Shown piece after piece: positions 23,531 to 33,519 of a stretch of DNA of 64,000 bases (positions are counted from its first letter, which is position 1; each line of letters opens with the position of its first letter). The notes under the pieces are model-generated. The model was not told where the DNA came from. It worked only from the letters and a program-made list of their open reading frames with translations, and searched no databases. This DNA comes from Candidatus Aenigmatarchaeota archaeon (GTDB lineage: Archaea > Aenigmatarchaeota > Aenigmatarchaeia > CG10238-14 > SpSt-28): positions 1,013 to 65,012 of the forward strand of contig JAVYKI010000002.1 in NCBI GenBank assembly GCA_038742305.1, read 5' to 3'. The position numbers and the translations under genes were made by a program.

Positions 23531-23944
23531 ATGATATTGGATATAGTTAAATATCAATATCCAGAAGTATATGAATTTTTGAAAGAAATAGAGAATAAGT
23601 TAAGATTTGAGAAGAAAAAAAGAAAAATTATAGTTTATTTGGATGAAAAAGAGCTTTTAATTTTAAATCCTAGGTTTGGACTTTTTATTCCTTCTATAAA
23701 TTTTGCTGATTTTTTGTATAAAGCAGGAAAATATATAAAAATAAAGGAAAAAGATATTGAATTTATTAGGAAAAGCAAAAACTTGTTTAAAGTTAATGTT
23801 GAAATTTTTTCTGAAAATTTAAACATTTTCGAAGATTTTGCAATAGTAACTAATAAAGTAATAGGAATTGGAAGAACGAAAATAGATTTCGAAGAATTTT
23901 CTAACAGCAAAAAAGGATTAGTAGCAAAAGTTAGGAAAATTTAA
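23531..23944 (+). CDS. Hypothetical protein with a possible C-terminal PUA-like fold.
   Basis: The C-terminus ...VIGIGRTKIDFEEFSNSKKGLVAKVRKI is a weak resemblance only. Confidence 0.3.
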   Translation: MILDIVKYQYPEVYEFLKEIENKLRFEKKKRKIIVYLDEKELLILNPRFGLFIPSINFADFLYKAGKYIKIKEKDIEFIRKSKNLFKVNVEIFSENLNIFEDFAIVTNKVIGIGRTKIDFEEFSNSKKGLVAKVRKI

Positions 23945-25394
23945 AATAAATTATTTGAACATTTCTTTCTCTTTTTATTTTTAACTTTAACCCTTTAGGA
24001 ATTATTATTTTTATTTTTTTGTTAAAGTTTAGTTTTATAAATTCATTTATTTCTTTTGAAAGATTTTCAATTAAATTTTCATCAAAATTTTTATTAGTTT
24101 CTGATTGGAAGAAAGGAAAAGAATATGCAATCGATTCTTTAATTATTCCAAAATAAGGAGAATAAAGGTAAATTTCATAGCTTCTATCTATAAATTTTTC
24201 AAGTTTTTCTTTTTCTTCTTTAAAAATATGATAAGGCAAAAGTAAAACATTCTTTTCAGCTTTCCAAAGATTTTTTGCTCTTTCTTTTGCTAAAGAAACT
24301 TTAGGATTTTTTAAATCAAAAGATGAAAATAAGAAAAGGGCTTTTTGTTTTGGCTTGAAGAGATATCCTTTAAAAACTTTTTGTTCTGCAATTTTTTCAA
24401 AAGCTTCTCTTAATTTTGGATGAGAATAACTTTTCTGAACTAAATATTCCCAAAACCTCCCTTCTCTTATTGCCTGCTTTGCAGCATTCAATTCTTTTTT
24501 TAAAACATAAAGATTGTGCAATGCTAAAAGTTTAGTTCTTTCCTTCTTATTCATTTCTAATAATTCCTTTGGCTCATATTTACTACAAACTGTACAATTG
24601 CATGGAAAATAATCTAATTCTTTTAAACTATATGTTCTTTCTGAAGTCATGTATCTTTCATCTCTTGCAAAGAGAATATAGCTTGCGCTGTCAAACAAAT
24701 CAGCGCCTAGAGCAATTGCAAAAGGTAATAAATGTGAATGTCCAGCTCCAAAAAGATGCAAGGGTTTATCAAATTCAATAATTTTTCTTACTAAAGCTAA
24801 ATTTTCGAAAACTGGCAAATAATTATATTCTGTCATTAAAACTGTAGGACTTCCTAAAGCATAAACATCAAAATCTAGCTCTTTTCCTTTTTCAGCAGAA
24901 TATTTTACTAAATCTTTATAAATTCCACCTTGAATAGGATAAGCCCATAGCCTGATTTTGTCTATAATTTCTTTTGCTTCTTTAGCTCTTTTTATTGTTT
25001 CTTCAACAGTTTCTTTAGCTCTTTCATAATTAGAAATTCCAGTAGGAACATCTAGAAAAACTCCTATATCGGTATCGATTTTAATTTGATATTCAACAAT
25101 TTCTCTGTTTGTAACATCTATTTCTTTGTATTCCAAAATTTGATATCCGCCACTATCTGTCATTACAATTTCACAATCTAAAAGCTTATGAACATTATCA
25201 TTAAACTTTTTCTTAAATAAAATGTAAGCATTTGTTATAAGAGCTTTAAATCCAACTTTTTGAATTTCTTTTGGTTCGAGCTCTGTTTGAAAAGGATTAA
25301 TTACAGGAAATAAGTATGGAGTTTCAATCTTTTTTCCTCTAATTTTTAAACTTCCAATTCTAGCATTTAAATCTCTATCCTTTAAAGTAAACAT
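23931..25394 (-). CDS. tgtA: Archaeosine tRNA-guanine transglycosylase (catalytic part, no obvious PUA).
   Basis: TGT TIM-barrel motifs, a CNCTVCSKYEP zinc site and DSGGYQ. Confidence 0.75.
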   Translation of the reverse strand: MFTLKDRDLNARIGSLKIRGKKIETPYLFPVINPFQTELEPKEIQKVGFKALITNAYILFKKKFNDNVHKLLDCEIVMTDSGGYQILEYKEIDVTNREIVEYQIKIDTDIGVFLDVPTGISNYERAKETVEETIKRAKEAKEIIDKIRLWAYPIQGGIYKDLVKYSAEKGKELDFDVYALGSPTVLMTEYNYLPVFENLALVRKIIEFDKPLHLFGAGHSHLLPFAIALGADLFDSASYILFARDERYMTSERTYSLKELDYFPCNCTVCSKYEPKELLEMNKKERTKLLALHNLYVLKKELNAAKQAIREGRFWEYLVQKSYSHPKLREAFEKIAEQKVFKGYLFKPKQKALFLFSSFDLKNPKVSLAKERAKNLWKAEKNVLLLPYHIFKEEKEKLEKFIDRSYEIYLYSPYFGIIKESIAYSFPFFQSETNKNFDENLIENLSKEINEFIKLNFNKKIKIIIPKGLKLKIKRERNVQIIYFKFS

Positions 25395-25397
25395 AAA

Positions 25398-26870
25398 CTA
25401 TTCTTTTAAAATTTCTTTTATAAAATTTGGGATTTCCTCTATTTTTAATCTTTTTTGCTCTTTACTATCTCTAAACCTTATTGTAACAGTATTATCTTGT
25501 AAAGTCTGATAATCTATTGTTATTGCAAAAGGTATTCCTATTTCGTCGGCTCTGGCATAAAGTTTTCCAATAGAATCTGAAATATCAATTATTACATCTT
25601 GTCCAAACTCTTTTTTTAGAAATTCATAAACTTCTCTTGTTTTTTTCAAAATTTCTTCTTTATTTTTTACTAGAGGAAAAACTGCAATTAAATAAGGAGA
25701 AATTTTGTATGGAAAAGAAAAGTATGGCCATTCTCTTTCTCTATAATGTTCAAAAAATAAAGCTAGTAAAATTCTTTCTATTCCAAAAGATGGTTCAGCA
25801 ACATGCGGAATAAACTTTTTTCCATCTTTTTCTACGCTTAAATCTTCTTTAGAATGTTTTGAATGAGTAGATAAATCATAATCAGTTCTATAAGCATTTC
25901 CAACAATTTCTTTCCAACCAATACCTTCAAAATAATATTCTAAATCAAAATTTCCTGCAGAATAAAAAGGAGTTTCTTCTTCTAATACATGTCTAAATCT
26001 TAATTTATCTTCACTAATTTTTAAAACTTCTGTAAAAAATAAAAACTCTTTTGCTAAAAAATATGCTTGCCACTTTGATTTAATAATTCCTTTTTCCAAA
26101 AGTTCTTTAATCTTTATCCAAGTTATTTCATTACTATTTTTTCTTTGAGCTTCTCTTGTTAATAATGGAATTTTTAATTCTAAGTAATTTTCTATTGGGC
26201 AATTTTCATTTTCTGGGTCAAAAAACATTTCTATTTCTGCTTGAGTAAAAAATCTTAACCTTATTAAAAATTGTCTTGGAGAAATTTCATTCCTAAAAGA
26301 ATAGCCAACTTGATAAATAGCAAAAGGCAGTTTTTTTCTATAACTTTTCATTATCCTTTTAAAAGCTATAAAAATGTTTTGAGCAGTTTCCGGTCTTAAA
26401 AATGCTTCTTCTTTTGCTAAAGGCCCAATAAAAGTTTTAAACATTAAGTTAAATTCTTTAACATCTTCAAGCTCATTGTTACATTTCGGACATTTAATAT
26501 TTTTTTCTTTTATAATTTTGTTCAATTCTTCTACGCTTTTTCCTTCTACATAAATGTTCAATTTTTCTTCTATTAAATGGTCTGCTCTAAAAACTGTTTG
26601 ACATTTTTTACATTTTACAATTGGGTCAACAAAGCTTTTAGTATGACCGCTTGCATCTAAAACATCTTTAGGTAAAATTATGCTACCTTCAATTTCTACA
26701 AAATTTTCTTCAACAAAAAAATTTTTCCAAAGAGAAATTAATTTATCCTTTATTCTTTTACCTATTTCTCCTAATTCATAAAAACCAGAAACGCTACCAT
26801 AAATTTCTGCAGTAGGAAAAATTATTCCTCTTCTCAAACAAATGTTAATAATTTTTTCCAAAATTTCCAT
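25398..26870 (-). CDS. glyS: Glycyl-tRNA synthetase (class II, archaeal/eukaryal type).
   Basis: RRGIIFPTAEIYGSVSGFYELGEIG is the N-terminal motif typical of archaeal GlyRS, with class II core motifs downstream. Confidence 0.7.
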   Translation of the reverse strand: MEILEKIINICLRRGIIFPTAEIYGSVSGFYELGEIGKRIKDKLISLWKNFFVEENFVEIEGSIILPKDVLDASGHTKSFVDPIVKCKKCQTVFRADHLIEEKLNIYVEGKSVEELNKIIKEKNIKCPKCNNELEDVKEFNLMFKTFIGPLAKEEAFLRPETAQNIFIAFKRIMKSYRKKLPFAIYQVGYSFRNEISPRQFLIRLRFFTQAEIEMFFDPENENCPIENYLELKIPLLTREAQRKNSNEITWIKIKELLEKGIIKSKWQAYFLAKEFLFFTEVLKISEDKLRFRHVLEEETPFYSAGNFDLEYYFEGIGWKEIVGNAYRTDYDLSTHSKHSKEDLSVEKDGKKFIPHVAEPSFGIERILLALFFEHYREREWPYFSFPYKISPYLIAVFPLVKNKEEILKKTREVYEFLKKEFGQDVIIDISDSIGKLYARADEIGIPFAITIDYQTLQDNTVTIRFRDSKEQKRLKIEEIPNFIKEILKE

Positions 26871-26904
26871 TACTTATTTTTAAGGAAAAATTATTTAAAA
26901 ACTT

Positions 26905-27043
26905 CGCCGGGGGTGGGATTCGAACCCACGCGGGCGTAAAGCCCACCGGCTTTCTCTCTAATATTTGTTCATCATTAATCAGTTACCCCAGAGCTTATCA
27001 TTAACTCGAGGCCGGCGCCCTGGTCCAGCTAGGCGACCCCGGC
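26905..27043 (-). tRNA. tRNA-Ser(CGA), type II with a long variable arm and a ~54-nt intron after position 37.
   Basis: GC-rich island. The reverse complement GCCGGGGTC GCC TAGCTGGACCAG GGC G CCGGC CUCGAG [intron] A GCCGG UGGGCUUUACGCCCGCG UGGGUUCGAAUCCCA CCCCGGC G folds as a cloverleaf. The anticodon was read manually. Confidence 0.7.
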
Positions 27044-27106
27044 ATAATTAGAATTTCTCGACTTAGATTATGTTTTTTGCTTTAAAAGTAAATCTATTTT
27101 TATAAT

Positions 27107-28288
27107 ATGAAGGTAGGATTAATTTCAGATTTACATTTTGGTTTTGGAGAAGAAGAAATTTATGAAGATGTTTTTAAAATAGCTAGCAAAATATTTGAAA
27201 AAATGAAAGATTGCGATATAATTTTTTTGTTGGGAGATGTTTTTGATTCTAGAAACCCATCTTTAGAAACTATAGTTAAAGCAATAAGAGTTTTTAATAA
27301 TATTGAAAAAAGTGGAGAAATAGAATTAAAAGTTAATGGTAAAATAGAAAAATTTAGGAAGCCAGCCGTTTTTGCAATTCACGGAAATCATGATAGAAGA
27401 ACTAAGCTAGAATCTTCTCCACTAAAAATTTTGGAAGAAGTCGGAATTTTAAGATATGATAACTTTTTCGAAATAATTGATGAAAAAAATAAAGTTGCTT
27501 TTTTTGCAATGTCAAATTTTCCTGAAGCATATGCCAAAAAAATACTTTTTGAAAAATTTGACCCAAAACCAAAGGAAAATTATTTAAACTTTTTAATGTT
27601 ACATCAAAATATTTATCCATATGTTTATTCTAATGAAGAAAGCAGTTTAAAAGTAACTGATTTACCAAAAAATTTTGATTTAATAATTGATGGGCACATT
27701 CATTTAAAAAGGTTTGAAAAAGAGTTTAAATTGCTAATTTTAGGAAGCCCAATAATTACTAGGATTGAAAAAAATGAATTAGAAGAAGAGAGAGGATTTC
27801 ACATTTTAGAAATTGAAAACGGAAATTTTGAAATAAAATTTTATCCTATTGAAAAAGAAAGAAATTATTATTTATTAGAATTTAATAGTAAAGAAGATTT
27901 TTCTGTTTTAGAGCAAAAAATTCAAGAAATTATAAAAAAAGAAAAAGCTAAGCCTGTAATTAAAGTAAAAGTTTATGGAGAAAAACCAATAGCTACAAGA
28001 TTTCTAAGAAAAATAGAAGAAGTTTATAAAGAAAAAAGCATAATTAAAATAGAAAATTTGACAGTTAGTGAAGAAGTAGTTAAAATTTCTGAAAAAATTA
28101 AAGAGTTTAGAGAAGGAAAAAGTGTAAGGGAAATAATTTTGGAGGAATTGCTTAAAAGATTAGAAGAAAATAATTTTTCAAAAATTTTTAATGTTTTAGA
28201 AATAATAGAGCTTTTGGAAGATGGTGATACAGAAAGTATAATAGATATTTTGTTAGGTCAACAAAAAACTCTAGCAAGCTTCAAATGA
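27107..28288 (+). CDS. mre11: DNA double-strand-break repair nuclease Mre11.
   Basis: ISDLHFG, GDVFDS and HGNHD phosphoesterase motifs; 4-nt overlap with rad50. Confidence 0.85.
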   Translation: MKVGLISDLHFGFGEEEIYEDVFKIASKIFEKMKDCDIIFLLGDVFDSRNPSLETIVKAIRVFNNIEKSGEIELKVNGKIEKFRKPAVFAIHGNHDRRTKLESSPLKILEEVGILRYDNFFEIIDEKNKVAFFAMSNFPEAYAKKILFEKFDPKPKENYLNFLMLHQNIYPYVYSNEESSLKVTDLPKNFDLIIDGHIHLKRFEKEFKLLILGSPIITRIEKNELEEERGFHILEIENGNFEIKFYPIEKERNYYLLEFNSKEDFSVLEQKIQEIIKKEKAKPVIKVKVYGEKPIATRFLRKIEEVYKEKSIIKIENLTVSEEVVKISEKIKEFREGKSVREIILEELLKRLEENNFSKIFNVLEIIELLEDGDTESIIDILLGQQKTLASFK

Positions 28289-30618
28289 TTAAAGAAATTT
28301 ATTTAGAAAATTGGAAATCGCATTTAAAATCTAGAATTGTATTTAGCAAAGGAGTAAATTTAATTTTAGGTAAAATTGGAAGTGGAAAATCTTCTATATT
28401 TGAAGCAATTTGTTATTCATTTTTTGGAACTTTTCCAGATTTGAATTCTAAAAAAGTAAAGCTTGAAGATGTCATAATGAAAAAACCTGTTGAAAAAAGC
28501 TTTTCTGAAATTTTGCTAAAATTTTCATTTAAAAACAATGAATATGAATTAAGAAGAAGAATTGAAAAAGGAAAAAGCAGCTATGCCGAATTAAAAGAAA
28601 ATAATAAAATTGTTGAAGTAAATTCAGAAAATGTTAATAAGTTTTTAGAAAAGCTTTTAAAAATAGATTATGAAACTTTTTATAACATAATTTTTGGAGA
28701 GCAAAACAAAATCGATTATATTTTATCTTTGCCAAAAGGTCAAAGAAAAGAAAAAATTGATGAAATGCTTGGAATTGAAATTTTGGAGAAATATAGAAAA
28801 ACAACCGTAAGCGTAAAAAATAGATTAAACAGCATATTTTTAGAAAAAAGAAAAAGCTTGGAAAAACTAGAAAAAGAAAATATAAAAGAAAAACTAGAAA
28901 AAGAAAGAAATAATTATTTTGAATTGTTAAAGAAAAGAGAAGATTTAAAAAATAAAGCTGAAAATTTAAGTATTAAGTTAAAAGATCTAGAAGAAAAATT
29001 AAAAGAAGGCAAAAAATTAAAAGAAAAATATGTTTATTTAAAAAGCGAAAAAGACCAATTATTAATAAATTTAGATAGTATTGAAAAGAAAATTAGAGAA
29101 TTAAGAGAAGTTGTGAAGAATGTTGATTTTGATTTAAAAGAAAAATTAAGCGAAGTTAGCAAAAATTTAGAAAGTGTAAAAAGCGAAAAAGAAAAACTAA
29201 AAGCTGAATTAGAAAATTTACAAAAGAAATTAGCAGAAATTAATTATAAAATTAAAGTTCAGAAAGAAGTAGAAGAAGAAATAAACAAGCTGAATAAAGA
29301 AATTGAAATTTTTAAAAAAGAAGTTGAAAAAGAAAAAGATTTGAAAAAAAGATTTGAAGAAATAGAGAAAGAAATAGAAGAAATTAAAAATAAAAGAGCG
29401 TCTATTATTACTAAAAAAGATTTTTATTCAAATATATTAAATAATTTAGAAAAGGTTGAAGGTATTTGCCCAGTTTGTGGAAGAGATTTAGAAATTCATA
29501 AAAAGCAAGAATTAATAGAAGAATATCAAAGTTTATTAAAAAATTTAGAAAAAGAAAAAGAAGAAACCGAGAAGCATTATTTAGAAAAAGAAAGAGAAAT
29601 GGTAAAAATTAAAAATAGTTTAGAAGAAATAAAAAAGATTTTTGAAAGATTTGCTATTTACGAAAAAAGGATTGAAGAATTGAAAAGCAGAAGAGAAATT
29701 ATAGATGAAAAAATTCTAGATACTTTAGAAAAAGAATATGAGAGCAAAAAATTAGAGCTAATTTCTTTAGAGAAGAATTTAGAAAATTTATTAAAAGAGC
29801 AAAAAAATCTAGAATTTTTAATGTTGAAATTAGAAGAACTAAAAAATTTAGAAAAAGAAAAAGAAGAAACTGAAAAAAGGGTTTTCGAGCTAATTAATGA
29901 AATTGAAAAAATAGAAAATCTAGAAACTTTTAAAAACTTGGAAAAAATAGAGGAAGAATATTTAAAGTTAAATAAAGAAAAATCATTTTTGGATGCAGAA
30001 ATAAAAAATATAGATTTTAATATTTCGATTTTAGAAAAATTAATTTTAGAATACGAAAAAAAGTTAAAGGAAGAAGAAGAATTAAGAAATGAAATAAAAA
30101 GAATAGAAAAATTAATTAAGGATTTTGAAATTTTGGAAAAAAGTATAAGAGAAACTCAAACAATTGTAAGAAATAATTTAATAGATGCAATAAATTACTA
30201 CTTGAATATTTATTGGAGCGAGCTTTATCCTTATAAAGATTATGAAAGCTTAAGAATTTTACCAACTGAAGATGATTATTTACTTCAATTTAAAGATATT
30301 TTAGGAAGATGGATAGAATTAGAAAAAGTTGCTTCTGGAGGAGAAAGAACTATTGCTGCTTTATGTTTAAGAATTGCTTTAGCTAAAGTTTTAGCTTCTC
30401 AAATAGATATTTTAATTCTAGACGAACCAACTCATAATTTAGACGAAAATTCTATAAAAGAACTTGCAAGAGTTTTAAATGAAAAATTGCCTCAAATTTT
30501 TTCTCAAATATTTGTAATAACTCATGACGAAAGATTTGAAAACCTTTTAAATGCAAATGTTATAAAGCTTGAAAGAGATAAAATTAATGATCAGCCAACA
30601 ATAATTATTCAAGAATGA
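28285..30618 (+). CDS. rad50: DNA repair ATPase Rad50.
   Basis: Walker A GKIGSGKSS, long coiled coil, zinc hook CPVCGR, signature SGGE, Walker B ILILDEPT. Confidence 0.9.
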   Translation: MIKEIYLENWKSHLKSRIVFSKGVNLILGKIGSGKSSIFEAICYSFFGTFPDLNSKKVKLEDVIMKKPVEKSFSEILLKFSFKNNEYELRRRIEKGKSSYAELKENNKIVEVNSENVNKFLEKLLKIDYETFYNIIFGEQNKIDYILSLPKGQRKEKIDEMLGIEILEKYRKTTVSVKNRLNSIFLEKRKSLEKLEKENIKEKLEKERNNYFELLKKREDLKNKAENLSIKLKDLEEKLKEGKKLKEKYVYLKSEKDQLLINLDSIEKKIRELREVVKNVDFDLKEKLSEVSKNLESVKSEKEKLKAELENLQKKLAEINYKIKVQKEVEEEINKLNKEIEIFKKEVEKEKDLKKRFEEIEKEIEEIKNKRASIITKKDFYSNILNNLEKVEGICPVCGRDLEIHKKQELIEEYQSLLKNLEKEKEETEKHYLEKEREMVKIKNSLEEIKKIFERFAIYEKRIEELKSRREIIDEKILDTLEKEYESKKLELISLEKNLENLLKEQKNLEFLMLKLEELKNLEKEKEETEKRVFELINEIEKIENLETFKNLEKIEEEYLKLNKEKSFLDAEIKNIDFNISILEKLILEYEKKLKEEEELRNEIKRIEKLIKDFEILEKSIRETQTIVRNNLIDAINYYLNIYWSELYPYKDYESLRILPTEDDYLLQFKDILGRWIELEKVASGGERTIAALCLRIALAKVLASQIDILILDEPTHNLDENSIKELARVLNEKLPQIFSQIFVITHDERFENLLNANVIKLERDKINDQPTIIIQE

Positions 30619-31235
30619 AATTTTTAAAGGAAGGGGCAGTTTTCTTGAAAAAAGAAAAATTATTAATAATTGGAGATTTGCATATTGGCTACGAATTCGA
30701 ATTAAAACAAAAAGGTATAAATGTGGAAATAGATTTAAAAGAAATTTTGGAAAATGTAATTAAAAAAACTAGTGCGAATAAAATTGTTTTGCTTGGAGAT
30801 ACTAAACATTCTATATTTAAGCCAAATAAAAAAGAAAAAGAAAAACTTTTAGATTTTTTTAATTTTTTAGATAAAAAATTTGAAAAAATTTTTGTTGTAA
30901 AAGGTAATCACGATGCTTTTTTGGAAGAAATAATAAGAAATGAAAAAGTAAAAATTTTTCCTTCTAGAGGTTTTAAATATAAAGATTATGGATTTTTCCA
31001 TGGAAATTCTAAACCATTAAAAAAAGTTTTAGAAAGTAAAGTTGCTTTTTGTTCTCATTTCCATGTAAAGGAATTTGAAACAATTAGCTTTGTAATTTCT
31101 AAAGGAAAACCGAAAATAGTAATTTTACCTCCATTTAACCCTTTAATTTTAGGAAAAAATTTTGAAATAGAAAGCAAATTCCTTTCGAAACTTATAAAAG
31201 ATTATGAAATTGTAACTCCTTATGCTATTATTTGA
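30615..31235 (+). CDS. Small calcineurin-like metallophosphoesterase (Mre11/YfcE superfamily).
   Basis: IIGDLHIG, LLGDTKHS and VVKGNHD motifs; ATGA overlap with the rad50 stop. Confidence 0.6.
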   Translation: MKFLKEGAVFLKKEKLLIIGDLHIGYEFELKQKGINVEIDLKEILENVIKKTSANKIVLLGDTKHSIFKPNKKEKEKLLDFFNFLDKKFEKIFVVKGNHDAFLEEIIRNEKVKIFPSRGFKYKDYGFFHGNSKPLKKVLESKVAFCSHFHVKEFETISFVISKGKPKIVILPPFNPLILGKNFEIESKFLSKLIKDYEIVTPYAII

Positions 31236-32941
31236 AATTCTTTAAGTAACTCTATTTCATCCTGAGTCAAATATTTTTTGTATTTTAGCAAAACTTCTAT
31301 ATCATTTTTTTCCAAATGAGAAATTAAAATATCGTTTTCCTTACAATCTTTACCAATTTCTATATCCATACTTATTGCAGCTCTTTCATTTGTAAAAATT
31401 TTATCTATACTCATTTTTTCTTTTTGAATATCCAAAACATTTCCAAGAATTTTATTATCTATTTTTAGTTTTGAATTTTTTTGTAAGCAACCTTTTATTA
31501 CTTCTATTCCAAAAATTGCGGGATTGCTTCTTCTAAAAATATAGCCTTGTAAAATTTTAATTTTTACAGGCCTTGTAACATTTTTTAAAGCAATTTCTGC
31601 TTCATATTTTTCAATTTCTTTCAAAAAGTTTTCGTATTCTTCAAAAATTCTATAAATTACATTTCCAGAAAAAATTTTTGCATTCAAACTTTTTATTTTT
31701 TCTTTAGTTTCTTCATCAACTTCTATATTAAATGCAAGAATAACTTTATACTTTAAATCTTTTATTAATTCTAATTCTATTAAATCTTCTTTTTTAATTT
31801 TTCCAATGCTTGCCCTTTTTATTGGAATATTTAACTTTTTTGCAAAGTTTATCATTGCTTCTAAACTTCCGATACTTTCGGCTTTTAATATTACCCCTTC
31901 AATTTCTCTATTAAATTCTATTTCTTCAAAACTTTTTCTAAGCTCTTCTTTTATTTTTTCAATATCTTCTTTAGCTACTTCAAATTCTGTACCAGGAATT
32001 ACATTTTCTAAATTATCTGCAATAATTCTTATTCCAGCTGAAGCTACTATGCTATCTACATTTTGAAATTTTTTCTCAACTTTTATATCTTGAAGTTCTC
32101 TAGGAATTAATATAGCTTTAACTTTAGTAACTATTGGTTCTTTTGCTGCAAAAACAATTATATCATTTTTTCTAAGTTCTCCATCAAATAATATGCAATC
32201 AGCAACTTTTCCTAAACCTTTTACTTCTTTAATTTCTAAAACAATACCTCTAGTCCTATTACTTATAGTTAATCTATCTTTTAAAAATATTTGAGCTAAT
32301 CCAGTTAATATTAATAAAATTTCTGCAATTCCTTCTTTTGTTTTTGAAGATACTGGAACAATAGCTATTTGTTTTCTAAAATCTGTTACTCTATCAAATC
32401 TTTCAGATTCAAATCCAAAATTATAAAGCTCAGCAACTAAATTATAAACTCTTTTATCTAATTCATAAGCAACTTTTTCTGATTGTTTTTCTATTGCTAA
32501 AGAAAAAGAGAATTGATTTGTATTTTTCCAACCTTCTATTTTATCTATTTTTGTTGCAGCAACTAAAAAAGGGATTTTGAAATCTTTCAAAATATTTATA
32601 GATTCTATAGTTTGCTCTTTTATTCCTTCTATAATATCAATTACTAAAATTGCTAAATCAGCAACGCTTCCTCCTCGCTTCCTTAAATGTACAAAAGCAG
32701 CATGACCTGGAGTATCTATTAGAAGCAAACCATTAAACTTTATTTCAAATTTGAATTTTTTTAACAAATCTGAGCAAAGATATTCTATAATGCTTTTTGG
32801 AATAAAAGTGCTTGAAATATGTTGAGTAATTTGTCCTGCTTCTAATTCTGCAACTTTAGTATTTCTTATTGCATCGGCTAAAGAAGTCTTTCCATGGTCA
32901 ACGTGGCCCATTAATGTTACTATAGGAGCTCTTAGTTTCAT
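31220..32941 (-). CDS. infB: Translation initiation factor aIF5B (IF2 homolog).
   Basis: VTLMGHVDHGKTSLADAIR, DTPGHAAF; ~573 aa. Confidence 0.85.
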   Translation of the reverse strand: MKLRAPIVTLMGHVDHGKTSLADAIRNTKVAELEAGQITQHISSTFIPKSIIEYLCSDLLKKFKFEIKFNGLLLIDTPGHAAFVHLRKRGGSVADLAILVIDIIEGIKEQTIESINILKDFKIPFLVAATKIDKIEGWKNTNQFSFSLAIEKQSEKVAYELDKRVYNLVAELYNFGFESERFDRVTDFRKQIAIVPVSSKTKEGIAEILLILTGLAQIFLKDRLTISNRTRGIVLEIKEVKGLGKVADCILFDGELRKNDIIVFAAKEPIVTKVKAILIPRELQDIKVEKKFQNVDSIVASAGIRIIADNLENVIPGTEFEVAKEDIEKIKEELRKSFEEIEFNREIEGVILKAESIGSLEAMINFAKKLNIPIKRASIGKIKKEDLIELELIKDLKYKVILAFNIEVDEETKEKIKSLNAKIFSGNVIYRIFEEYENFLKEIEKYEAEIALKNVTRPVKIKILQGYIFRRSNPAIFGIEVIKGCLQKNSKLKIDNKILGNVLDIQKEKMSIDKIFTNERAAISMDIEIGKDCKENDILISHLEKNDIEVLLKYKKYLTQDEIELLKEFQIIA

Positions 32942-33021
32942 AAGTATTTTATGAAAAAGGAATTGATAATTACAATAATTGCAATTTTTATAGCTTTATA
33001 TTTCCTTTTCCAAAATTTAAT

Positions 33022-33519
33022 ATGGAAGATATTCTAGTTTTAAAATTAAATTTACCAAAATTAGAAAATGTAAAAGTAAATTTGGGCGAAGTATTCGATA
33101 AAAAATATACTTGCGAAGGAGAAAATATTAATCCAGAAATAATTTTACCTAAAAAAGGAATTTTTGCTGTTTTGCTTGAAGACCCAGATGCACCTTCAGG
33201 AACATGGCTTCATTGGGGAATAATTGTTTGGAATACTGATAAAATTGAAGAAGGTTTACCAAAAGAATTTAAAGGAAATAACTTTATTCAAATTTATAAC
33301 GATTTTTATTATTACAATTACATAACAGGAAAAATTAAAGGAATTGGTTATGATGGTCCTTGTCCTCCAAAAGGTCATGGATATCATAGATACTTTTTTG
33401 AAATTTTTGAATTAAAAAAGTTGCCGGAAAAAGAAATTAGAGAAAAGCAAGATTTAATAAATTTTGTAAAAGAGAATGCAATAGCATCTAATTATTTTGT
33501 TTCAAAATATAAAAGATAG
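33022..33519 (+). CDS. PEBP-family protein (YbhB/YbcL/RKIP-like).
   Basis: GYDGPCPPKGHGYHRYFFEIFEL motif. Confidence 0.8.
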   Translation: MEDILVLKLNLPKLENVKVNLGEVFDKKYTCEGENINPEIILPKKGIFAVLLEDPDAPSGTWLHWGIIVWNTDKIEEGLPKEFKGNNFIQIYNDFYYYNYITGKIKGIGYDGPCPPKGHGYHRYFFEIFELKKLPEKEIREKQDLINFVKENAIASNYFVSKYKR

